A stretch of 64,000 nucleotides of DNA from Histomonas meleagridis 2922-C6/04-290x. Lineage: Eukaryota; Protista; Parabasalia. How positions within the stretch are numbered: the first letter of the stretch is position 1; each line of letters opens with the position of its first letter. Below are positions 20,690-29,823 of this stretch, one piece after another. The stretch spans positions 62,001-126,000 of the forward strand of contig JAANOX010000218.1 of assembly GCA_020184695.1 (NCBI GenBank), in the 5' to 3' direction. The position numbers and the translations under genes were made by a program. The notes below the pieces were generated by a model that did no database searches, was not told the origin of the DNA, and saw nothing but the letters and a program-made list of their open reading frames with translations.

Positions 20690-23041
20690 TTACAATGGTG
20701 TAATGAACTTTTGTTCTTTGAAATCAACAGCAAATGGATCTTCATCAATCTCTCTTAATGCTGATGATCCCATAAAATTATCGTACCCATTTGTTTGACC
20801 ATTATATTCTTCGACAACTTCTTCTTTGTTATTCTTTTTACGACGACCAAAATAAACACTTACAACAATAATAACAACAATTACAACGACTGCAGCTACA
20901 GCAATTCCCGTAATAATACCGAAACTAATTTGTTCTTGTTTTGCAATATTTGTTATCATTTGTTTTTCATATACATGATAATAATTCGAATAAATTTCTT
21001 GGAAAGTAGTAAAATGTAAAATTGTATAATTATAAACTATTAATTGTGTATTGGTATAAGTTAATGTTGAATTTATCATTGAAAGAATATAAGAATTTGA
21101 AAGATAAGTATTATCAAATGTCAATGATTGTGTAAAAGCAATTGTTTTTGTTGCTGAACGGATATAAGTTATAGTAATTGTATAAGTTATTTCTTCAATT
21201 TCTTTATTTAATGATTTAGTTGGTGTTGGATCTGGTACTTCAATTTGTATCATCGTTGGTTGATATGTTAATGTATATGAATTTGATAATATAAAAGAAT
21301 CAATAAATGTTAATTTAGGTGATAAAGTTAATGAATTTGATAACAATAATGAACTTAAGAACATTGGAATAAATGAAAATGTGAATGTATTTGTTTTAGT
21401 TAATATGTCAGTTGGAAAATATGAATAACTTGATATTAATGTTTGTGATTGAATTTCTTCAAATGAAATTGTATATGATGGTGTTGATATTAGATCATTT
21501 GAATATGTAAGTTTTGGTGATAATGTTGGTGAATTTGATTGAACATCTGTTAATGATTGTGTTGATGATAAAGATTTAGTTATCGATGTAGATCTTGTAT
21601 TTTCGGGTGAAAGTATTTCAGTAATTGATTGTGTAGTACCATACGATTGTGAAGTTTTTCTTGTGACTAATTCTGTATTTACTGGTGTAAGAGATTCTGA
21701 TAATGCTTTTGTGCTTAATGTTGACGTTATTGATGTTTTGACTTGTGTATATGATCCTGTCCTTGTGTTTATTTGTGTACTTGTACTAAATTTAATTGAT
21801 GAACTTGTTTGCTTTTGAGTTAATGATGGAACATATGTTCTTGTTCGTGTTTTTGTATCTGTTCGATATGACGAAATATATGGTATTGAGGTATATGATA
21901 GAACAATTGTTTGCGATGATGTTGATGATGGAACATATGTAAGAGATGTAACTGTTACTGTATAAGTATTTCTATATGTGATAACTTTCCATGTATATGA
22001 ACCCAAGTCTGGTAAAACTTTTGGTTTAATACCAGAATTCATCGAAGAAGAAATTGTTGAGCTAGCTGTAATCATTTCTTTTGAATTCACTTGATTACGA
22101 CTATTATCTTTATTTTCAATATTATTCGCTAAAGGAGAATATATATTTTTCACCATTTTCTTATTTTTTAGATCAAATATTGCAGTTGGTTTTATCACAG
22201 GAACATATGTCAATGATGTTGATATTTTCACCAAGATTGTAAGTGAATCAGTGTATGAAGGACTTAATGTATTCGATGATACGTATGAAGTTACATATGT
22301 CGTAGATGGTAAATACGCTTGAATATATATTATAGTTTTTGTTGATGTATATGTATAAGATAATGAGACTGTATTTGATGATGTATATGTATTAATAACT
22401 GTATTTGTGATTGTATCTGTTAATTTTTGTGTTGTTATCTGTGTAATGGAATTCGATAATGAACTAACAATTGTTGGAACAAATGTATTCGAAAGAACAT
22501 GTGTTAGTGAATATGTTTGCGAATTAACTGTAATTTGTGTGATCGTTGGAAATAAAGTATTAACAAATGTTATTGAATTTGTTGTTACTGATGTTAATGA
22601 ATCAACATTCGTAAATGAATTAACATATGTCGAGCTTTCAATATATGTATGTGACATTGTGATCGTTTCTATAATTGTTTGTGTATACGACACTAAATAT
22701 GTATTGGTTGATGTATAAGTATTTGATAATGTATAAGAATTCACAATTGTTAATGTTGATGATGGAATCTGTGTTGATGTAATTGTTTGCGAAACTGAAT
22801 TGACTTGTGTATAAGATTCTATTGTTGTATTTATCTTAACAAGTGTTTGAGAACTAATACAAGTATTAGAATGCGTATATGAATATGATGATACAATTGT
22901 TTCTGAAGGAACCATTGTTTCTTCCATTTTAGGAACATTTGAAAATGAACGTGAAAAACCTAACGCATTAACTCTAGTAAATTGCAATTGATATGAACAA
23001 ACAATAAGGCATATGAACATCAAAAACATTTTTATATTCAT
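20690..23041 (-). CDS. Ser/Thr-rich (mucin/stalk-like) type I membrane surface protein
   Basis: Signal peptide MNIKMFLMFICLIVCS; about 650 aa S/T-rich region; TM helix FGIITGIAVAAVVVIVVIIVVSVYF; tail DEDPFAVDFKEQKF. Confidence 0.85.
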   Translation of the reverse strand: MNIKMFLMFICLIVCSYQLQFTRVNALGFSRSFSNVPKMEETMVPSETIVSSYSYTHSNTCISSQTLVKINTTIESYTQVNSVSQTITSTQIPSSTLTIVNSYTLSNTYTSTNTYLVSYTQTIIETITMSHTYIESSTYVNSFTNVDSLTSVTTNSITFVNTLFPTITQITVNSQTYSLTHVLSNTFVPTIVSSLSNSITQITTQKLTDTITNTVINTYTSSNTVSLSYTYTSTKTIIYIQAYLPSTTYVTSYVSSNTLSPSYTDSLTILVKISTSLTYVPVIKPTAIFDLKNKKMVKNIYSPLANNIENKDNSRNQVNSKEMITASSTISSSMNSGIKPKVLPDLGSYTWKVITYRNTYTVTVTSLTYVPSSTSSQTIVLSYTSIPYISSYRTDTKTRTRTYVPSLTQKQTSSSIKFSTSTQINTRTGSYTQVKTSITSTLSTKALSESLTPVNTELVTRKTSQSYGTTQSITEILSPENTRSTSITKSLSSTQSLTDVQSNSPTLSPKLTYSNDLISTPSYTISFEEIQSQTLISSYSYFPTDILTKTNTFTFSFIPMFLSSLLLSNSLTLSPKLTFIDSFILSNSYTLTYQPTMIQIEVPDPTPTKSLNKEIEEITYTITITYIRSATKTIAFTQSLTFDNTYLSNSYILSMINSTLTYTNTQLIVYNYTILHFTTFQEIYSNYYHVYEKQMITNIAKQEQISFGIITGIAVAAVVVIVVIIVVSVYFGRRKKNNKEEVVEEYNGQTNGYDNFMGSSALREIDEDPFAVDFKEQKFITPL

Positions 23042-23697
23042 AAATGGTGATGATAACTTTAACCCACTAATTTGAATGTCCTATACAAAATTGAAAGTAA
23101 GTCAAGTTTTCAACAAAAAACCGCATTCAATCAAAATAAAATTTTGAATGTTGACCGTTAGGTAGATAATTTTTTGGATAAATTGTGTAGTCTTTGACTA
23201 TGATGGGAATCTGTGCTGTACATCAGGCATTAAAGTGCATTAAGTATCAATATAATTTAAAGGATAATAGATGATTTTCTGGAATTCAAGGTAAACATCT
23301 TTTTAAAATGTTTGGTTGAGTGTACTATCCATTTGTGTCTACACAGTATTATTAACGGTCTTGCTAGTACAGAATTTTGAAAAGTACGATCGAGTTGGTG
23401 GCTATCGTAGAAGCGAACGTTAGCATTACAACACCCGAACCAAAATAACAATTTAAACGGTCTCTTAAAGACGTACTCCAATCAAATCATTTATCAATAA
23501 AGAATATTTTCAAAAAATCCTATTTTTACTTAAAGTATTTTCGCCGGCATTCCCTGAATTTTAATAAACGTTATTAGACAAAAAGTTAATGTTAAAGGAG
23601 CTAAGCAAACATTAAATGTTTTTAATGCATCTAAATTTAATAATTTATACAAATTTTGTTTTTAAAAAAATATATTTCAATAATTACTTTATTATTT

Positions 23698-26600
23698 TTA
23701 AGCATTTTTATCTGTCATTGGGTCAAAATGTACATCGAATCCTTCTTCTTCCATAAATTCATTGTCATTATCCTTTAATTCCGGTATGAACTTATTAGTT
23801 TTCTTTCTACGCCTACAACAGCATTTACCACAACAACTCAACAATGTCACAATTATCGCAAACAAAATAACATATATATAAATAACATAAAACAAATATT
23901 GTCTCGATAAGCCAAGTAACATGTCAGCATGTAGACCCACGTCAATTAATTCTTTGCCTTTAAACTCATATTTCGTTGACCATTCTTCACCATTGAATGA
24001 AATCGAAATTGGTATCGAATTTGAACTAATTAAATGTGGAATACCGCATTCTATTGTTTGTGAATATTTGTCAATGTTTATAGCTTCAACAATAATACTT
24101 CCAAATTTACAAAATGCAGAAGAAAATGTTACATTTGACAAATATTGGACTTTGACAGAATTACTGAAAAGTGACGTCCGCACTTTTGCGATCATCAATA
24201 ATTCTGAAGTTTTGTCGGTTTCTCTGTTGAAATTCACAGGATCGTTAACGCTGTCAAAGTTATTTGTTCCGATTGATGTGCTTTCGTAGTATTGCTGATC
24301 AATAATGTGTTGGCGATGGTTTGCTGTGTCATCGATTTGCGTGTTCTGTTGAGTTTCATGTTGTTGTTCAATGGTTTCATCAATTTTCTCGCTTGGATAT
24401 GAAATTCCATCATTGATTTTATTGTTAATATCTTCGTGTTGATCATTAATTTGATCAGCAGTTGGAATGCTTTCGTGTGGCTCATCGATTTGATGGTTAA
24501 TATCTTCGTGTGGTTCAATTATTGGATTAAAATTCTCATTTTGATGACCAACAATTGGAACATCTTCGTGTGGCTCATCGATTTGATGGTTAATATCTTC
24601 GTGCGGTTCTATAATTGGAACATCTTCGTGTGGTTCAATTATTGGATTAATGTTTTCGTTTTGCTGATCAATTATTGGATTAATGTTTTCGTGTGGAACA
24701 TCCATTTGCTGGTTAATATGTTCATTTTCATTTTGCTGATTTATAGTTTCATCGATTTGTATATTGATATTATCATTTGGATAATTAATTTTATTGTTAA
24801 TGTTTTCATTTTGGTTATATATATTATCGAATTGTGTTTTCATATTATCATTTTGATAAATGTTATATTCGTTCTGTCGATGATTAACATCATCACTATC
24901 ATACAAATGACTTTTACGTCTTCTTCTTTGCTGTGAAGTTATATCATCATCTAAATGCATATTTAATCTTCGCTTTCTTCCGCTGCTGTATTCATATTTT
25001 TGTTGATCATCGAAATTAAATTCATTGTTTTCTTTGTTATTTATATCAATATTAAAGTCATTAAAATCGGAAACTTTCGTTTTATAATTAAAGTCATCAT
25101 ATTTGTTATATTTTCGTTTGTTTTCATTGTTTTTATGTTTCCTTCGATTTTCGTTTTTAATATCAAAGTCAATGTTAAAGTTATCATTAAAATTGAAATC
25201 AGAAATTTTATCATTATCATTATCATATTTGTTATGTTTTTGATCATCAAAGTCATAATTTAAGTTATCGATGGTTTTGTGCTTCTTTTTATGTTCGTTG
25301 TCAATATTAAAATCAAAATTAAAGTTGTCATCATTGTCATTGTCTGGTGTCTTCTTCTTTCGTTTGGTGTTTTGATAATTGTTAAAATCAAATTCATCAA
25401 AAATATTTTGTTTCTCTTTTTTGGTTTCGAATTCATCGATGTTAAAATCAGTTATCTTTTTCTTGCGTTTGTTGTTGATACCATAGTTAAAGTCATCGAA
25501 ATTATCAATGCTGTCATAAAGCCGGTGCTTCCTTCGGCGCTTCTTATGATCAGTGCTAAATGGAAAGTCTATTTCCGGATCGTGCTGCGGTGCGGGATCA
25601 TTGTTGTCATTGTGAATATATTCTTTGCGCTCACTATCGTTGATGCCATGTTCGGGTTCTTCTTTCTTTTCTTCTGTTTCTTCTTTGTGTTCATTACCAT
25701 TATCATCATTTTCATGTTCTTCTTTCTTTTCTTCTGTTTCTTCTTTATGCTCATTATCATCAATTTCTTCTTTCTTTTCTTCGACTTCTTCTTTATGTTC
25801 ATGATCATTATTGTCATTTTCATTTTCTTCTTTCTTTTCTTCTATTTCCTCTTTGTGCCCATTATTATCATTATCTTTTTCTTCTTTTGGATCATTATCA
25901 TCATGTTCAGGTTCAACTTTCTTTTCTTCTATTTTTTCTTTGTGTTCATTATCATTATCATCATGTTCTTTTTCTTCTTCTTTTGGTTTATTATTATCAT
26001 TATCATCATGTTCTTTTTCTTCTTCTTTTGGTTTATTATCATCATTTTCATGTTCTTTTTCTTCTTCTTTTGGTTTATTATCATCATTTTCATGTTCTTT
26101 TTCTTCTTCTTTTGGTTTATTATCATCATTTTCATGTTCTTTTTCTTCTTCTTTTGGTTTATTATCATCATTTTCATGTTCTTTTTCTTCTTCTTTTGGT
26201 TCATTATCATCATTTTCATGTTCTTTTTCTTCTTCTTTTGGTTCATTATCATCATTTTCATGTTCTTCTTTCTTTTCTTCTTTGTGTTCATTATTTTCAA
26301 TTTCTTCTACTTCTTCTTTGTGTTCATTATCTTTATGATCATGTTCAAGTTCTTCTTCTTTTGGTTTATCATCATCATTTTCATATTCTTTTTTTCTTTT
26401 TTCTATTTCTTCTTTTTGCTCATCTTTATTATTATCATTATTTTCATTATCTCCTTTCTTTTCTTCTATTTCATCTTTTTGTTCTTTGTTATTATCTTTA
26501 TCATTATCGTAAGTAACTTCTTTCTCTTCATTGTTATTATCTTCTTTTTTCTCTTCGATTTCATTTTTACTTTCAGTTTCTACTTCGATTTCCTCTTTAT

Positions 26601-28356
26601 GTTCCTTTTCTTCTTTGTTATTTTTGTCTTCTTCTTTATGTTTCTTTTCTTCTATTTCTTCTTTGTTATTGTTGCTTTCATTTTCTTTATGTTTCACTTC
26701 TTCTGTTTCTTCTTTTCTTTCTCTTTGCTCATATTCTTCGTCAGTTCTATCACTTGTGTATCTCTTTCTGCGACTTCTCTTTGCGTGAAAATCTTCACTT
26801 TCTTCGCCTAATCTGTGTATCTTTGGTCTTCTTTCGAATTCCTTATTTTCATTTTCTTCATCTTCATCAGTTTTAACATTTTCATGTTTTGGTTTTCTTC
26901 TGATTTCATATTCCTTTTCATCACTTACTTCAGTTTCATCATGAGTTTTATTTCGTTTATTTCTTCTATGACCTTCTGCATCAAATTTATCATCATTTTC
27001 AATTTCATGTTTTTCTTCATCTTCGTCAGTTTTAACATTTTCATGTTTTGGTTTTCTTCTAATTTCGTGTTTGTTTTCATCATTTTCTTCTTCTTCGTTA
27101 TGTCTATGCTTTTGTTTGTATCTTCTATGACCTTCTGCATCAAATTTATCATCATTTTCAATTTCATGTTTTTCTTCATCTTTTTGTTTATCAACTTCTT
27201 CATCTTCGTGTGTTTTATCATTTTCATGTTTTTCTTTATCTTTTTGTTTATCAACTTCTTCATCTTCGTGTGTTTTATCATTTTCATGTTTTGGTTTCCT
27301 GATAATTTCATCATTTTCTTCTGTTTCATCATGAATTTGATTTTGTTTATTTTTCTTTTGATTTTCGTAATCGAATTTGTCTTTGCTTGAAATTTCATGT
27401 TTCTCTTCAGCTGAAACTTCGTCTTCATGTGTTTCAGTGATGTTATATTTTGATTTTCTTCTAATTTCATGTTTATGTTCATCACTTACTTCAGTTTCGT
27501 TATGAATTTGAATTTTATTGTGTCTTCGCTTCTTCAATGAGCTGTAATCTTCGGAATCAGATTCGTCTTCATGCTTCGAGTTCTTTTTAGTTTCGTCATT
27601 TGCATCTGTTTCATTGTAAAGATGTCTTTGTTTGTATCTTCGCTTGTTTAGTGGTTCATAATTTTCTTCATGATTATGTTTTGGTTTTCTTGTTTCATAT
27701 TTACTTTCACTGTTTGAGTCTGTTTCATTGTAAAGATGTTTTTGCTTGTATTTCCTATGATTATCGTATTTGTCTTCAATTTCATGTTTTTCTGTTTTCT
27801 CTTTTTCATCGGTTAATTTTTCATTTTCTTCTTCCTTTTTTTCAATATTTTCCTTTGGTTCTTCATCCATTTGTGATTCGCGTTTTGGTTTAATAATTTC
27901 TTCTGAATTATTTGAGGTATCTCTTGTTGTGTCTTCGTTTTCATGCTCTTTCATTTCTATGTCTGGCTTGTTTTCTTTGTAAATCCTCTTTTTTTTAGTT
28001 GGTCTTTCATCTTCCATGTCTAAATGTGTTTTAGTATTGCTGATTTCAATTTTACGCATTGCGCTTTCATTAACAGAATCTTGTTCTTGTTGTTTTTGTG
28101 ATGTCCGTTTACTTGATTTCATTTTTAAATAATTTGAAATATCAGAATAATTTTTAGGATCTGATAATTCTTCTTTTTCCTTTAAGTATCGTTCTTCAAG
28201 ATCAATATTGTCTCGAGTACGCCTATATTTTCTTTCTGGAATAATATTTTCTGAATTTCGCGTCCTTTTCACCCCATCTTCAAAGCTTTTCCTTGCCCTT
28301 CTTCTATATGTATCTACATTAATTATTTCCTGGTAAAAAAGTAGAAAAAGCAGCAT
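23698..28356 (-). CDS. 1552-aa low-complexity charged type I membrane protein with membrane-proximal IPT/TIG-like domain
   Basis: Hydrophobic N-terminus; E/K/D/N/H-rich repeats; FCKFGSIIVEA..IECGIP..ISISFNGEEWS (IPT-like); TM helix followed by SCCGKCCCRRRKK. Confidence 0.8.
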   Translation of the reverse strand: MLLFLLFYQEIINVDTYRRRARKSFEDGVKRTRNSENIIPERKYRRTRDNIDLEERYLKEKEELSDPKNYSDISNYLKMKSSKRTSQKQQEQDSVNESAMRKIEISNTKTHLDMEDERPTKKKRIYKENKPDIEMKEHENEDTTRDTSNNSEEIIKPKRESQMDEEPKENIEKKEEENEKLTDEKEKTEKHEIEDKYDNHRKYKQKHLYNETDSNSESKYETRKPKHNHEENYEPLNKRRYKQRHLYNETDANDETKKNSKHEDESDSEDYSSLKKRRHNKIQIHNETEVSDEHKHEIRRKSKYNITETHEDEVSAEEKHEISSKDKFDYENQKKNKQNQIHDETEENDEIIRKPKHENDKTHEDEEVDKQKDKEKHENDKTHEDEEVDKQKDEEKHEIENDDKFDAEGHRRYKQKHRHNEEEENDENKHEIRRKPKHENVKTDEDEEKHEIENDDKFDAEGHRRNKRNKTHDETEVSDEKEYEIRRKPKHENVKTDEDEENENKEFERRPKIHRLGEESEDFHAKRSRRKRYTSDRTDEEYEQRERKEETEEVKHKENESNNNKEEIEEKKHKEEDKNNKEEKEHKEEIEVETESKNEIEEKKEDNNNEEKEVTYDNDKDNNKEQKDEIEEKKGDNENNDNNKDEQKEEIEKRKKEYENDDDKPKEEELEHDHKDNEHKEEVEEIENNEHKEEKKEEHENDDNEPKEEEKEHENDDNEPKEEEKEHENDDNKPKEEEKEHENDDNKPKEEEKEHENDDNKPKEEEKEHENDDNKPKEEEKEHDDNDNNKPKEEEKEHDDNDNEHKEKIEEKKVEPEHDDNDPKEEKDNDNNGHKEEIEEKKEENENDNNDHEHKEEVEEKKEEIDDNEHKEETEEKKEEHENDDNGNEHKEETEEKKEEPEHGINDSERKEYIHNDNNDPAPQHDPEIDFPFSTDHKKRRRKHRLYDSIDNFDDFNYGINNKRKKKITDFNIDEFETKKEKQNIFDEFDFNNYQNTKRKKKTPDNDNDDNFNFDFNIDNEHKKKHKTIDNLNYDFDDQKHNKYDNDNDKISDFNFNDNFNIDFDIKNENRRKHKNNENKRKYNKYDDFNYKTKVSDFNDFNIDINNKENNEFNFDDQQKYEYSSGRKRRLNMHLDDDITSQQRRRRKSHLYDSDDVNHRQNEYNIYQNDNMKTQFDNIYNQNENINNKINYPNDNINIQIDETINQQNENEHINQQMDVPHENINPIIDQQNENINPIIEPHEDVPIIEPHEDINHQIDEPHEDVPIVGHQNENFNPIIEPHEDINHQIDEPHESIPTADQINDQHEDINNKINDGISYPSEKIDETIEQQHETQQNTQIDDTANHRQHIIDQQYYESTSIGTNNFDSVNDPVNFNRETDKTSELLMIAKVRTSLFSNSVKVQYLSNVTFSSAFCKFGSIIVEAINIDKYSQTIECGIPHLISSNSIPISISFNGEEWSTKYEFKGKELIDVGLHADMLLGLSRQYLFYVIYIYVILFAIIVTLLSCCGKCCCRRRKKTNKFIPELKDNDNEFMEEEGFDVHFDPMTDKNA
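25961..26270 (-). repeat. 42-nt coding tandem repeat (KPKEEEKEHENDDN, about 7 copies)
   Basis: Unit starts TCATG at 25961, 26006, 26048, 26090, 26132, 26174, 26216 and 26258 on the + strand. Confidence 0.95.
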
Positions 28357-28783
28357 TATCTAATGCCAGATTGAATTGTTTATTCGTCAAATGTCGATTT
28401 CGTGAAGGTTTTTTGGCCGGTTAACGATCATCAAACGAAGGATACTGTAATTAAGAAGAACGTTACAAAGGAAGCACATGGAAGACGAAGAAATTTACAG
28501 AAAATAATTCTTAATAAAATTGGTTCATAATAACTTAAAAAGCGTTAAATGCATGTTGAATAAAAATGTTTAACTTCCAAAAATAAATATGTTTGTATCA
28601 ATATATATGTATATATCAACATCAAAATTAACTTAAACAATTTGTCTCTTCCGTCCAGGCATTGACAGTTAGAGATACATATTATCTGAGACGCCCAAAG
28701 ATAGGTTTAAGCCATGTGTTGAACAAAAAAAAATATATGACGTTAAGTTTGAGAGCGTTTTGATCGGTGCTTCAACCTTCCTA

Positions 28784-29494
28784 ATGTCTGAAGAAAGATC
28801 AGATATTTCTTTTATTGCTCGACTTTATCATGAAATCTATAGAGGAAGTGAAGCAACTGAAGCTATCAACAAATTAGCATATTTATATCCAGATTTTGAT
28901 GAGCAAGAGCTAAAATTATTCTTCTCAATTTATAAAGATAGTTTTGACTCTCTACGACAAACAATGAAAATATTAAAGCATGCACAAAAATCAGAGTTTC
29001 AAGAAAAGCAACGCCAAAAATGTCTTATATTACAAACCCATTTACAAAAAACATACCAAAAATTTGTCGATCTTGCTGAAAAATGTTCTGATGTTATTGA
29101 TAATAATCTTCTTAAAGCAGCTTCATCGCCAAGGACTATTGCATTTCTGCAGAAAATGAAAGCAGATATTTACAGATATCTTTCTGAGTGCAGTTCAGCC
29201 GACACTATTAAAGAAAACATCAAAAAGTCAAAGGAATTATATACACAAGCAATGGAAACATGCACTCAATTTTTACATCCATATGATTCGTTGTGTATGG
29301 ACACTATATTGAATCTTGCTGTTTTCGAGTACCAGCACACTAAAGATCAAGCCAATGCAATAGAACTATTGCGAAATGAAATTGAAAAAATAAAACAAAT
29401 TTCAATTGATGATCTTGATGAAGAGCAAAGAGAGAATATCATGAAAATACTTAGTATTATGGAAACAAATTATAGTGCCTGGACAGGGATATAA
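28784..29494 (+). CDS. 14-3-3-like protein, divergent
   Basis: YK......R (K49/R56 equivalents), KMKADIYRYL (R127/Y128), ILNLAVFEY, IMETNYSAWT; ATG at 28784. Confidence 0.85.
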   Translation: MSEERSDISFIARLYHEIYRGSEATEAINKLAYLYPDFDEQELKLFFSIYKDSFDSLRQTMKILKHAQKSEFQEKQRQKCLILQTHLQKTYQKFVDLAEKCSDVIDNNLLKAASSPRTIAFLQKMKADIYRYLSECSSADTIKENIKKSKELYTQAMETCTQFLHPYDSLCMDTILNLAVFEYQHTKDQANAIELLRNEIEKIKQISIDDLDEEQRENIMKILSIMETNYSAWTGI

Positions 29495-29823
29495 TTAATC
29501 AGGATTGAAATATTTTATTAATAAAAATATATACTCTACTCAATCTAAACATGGTTGGGAAACTATATAGGTGTATCTTTTTTCTGGGTTTTGGATTTTA
29601 TTGTGTTTATTTATTTTTATTATTAGCATTTATTTAAAATTAATTAAAATAATCAATTATTGAATAAAAAGAATATTAACACTCACTACCCTTTAGCCCT
29701 TTAAGTAGTTTTATTGTCATTCGTTTTTGAAATGGGCAACAATTCGATTTTGGAGTATTTTGCAGCCAAATATGATTATATTTACGATCAATTTCAATTC
29801 AAATACCCAAACAACTTAAAAAA

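Noticed and set aside
24436-27982. Long hydrophobic plus-strand ORFs (F/I-rich, up to 510 aa)
   Set aside because: Antisense shadows of the E/K/D/N-rich repeat protein.
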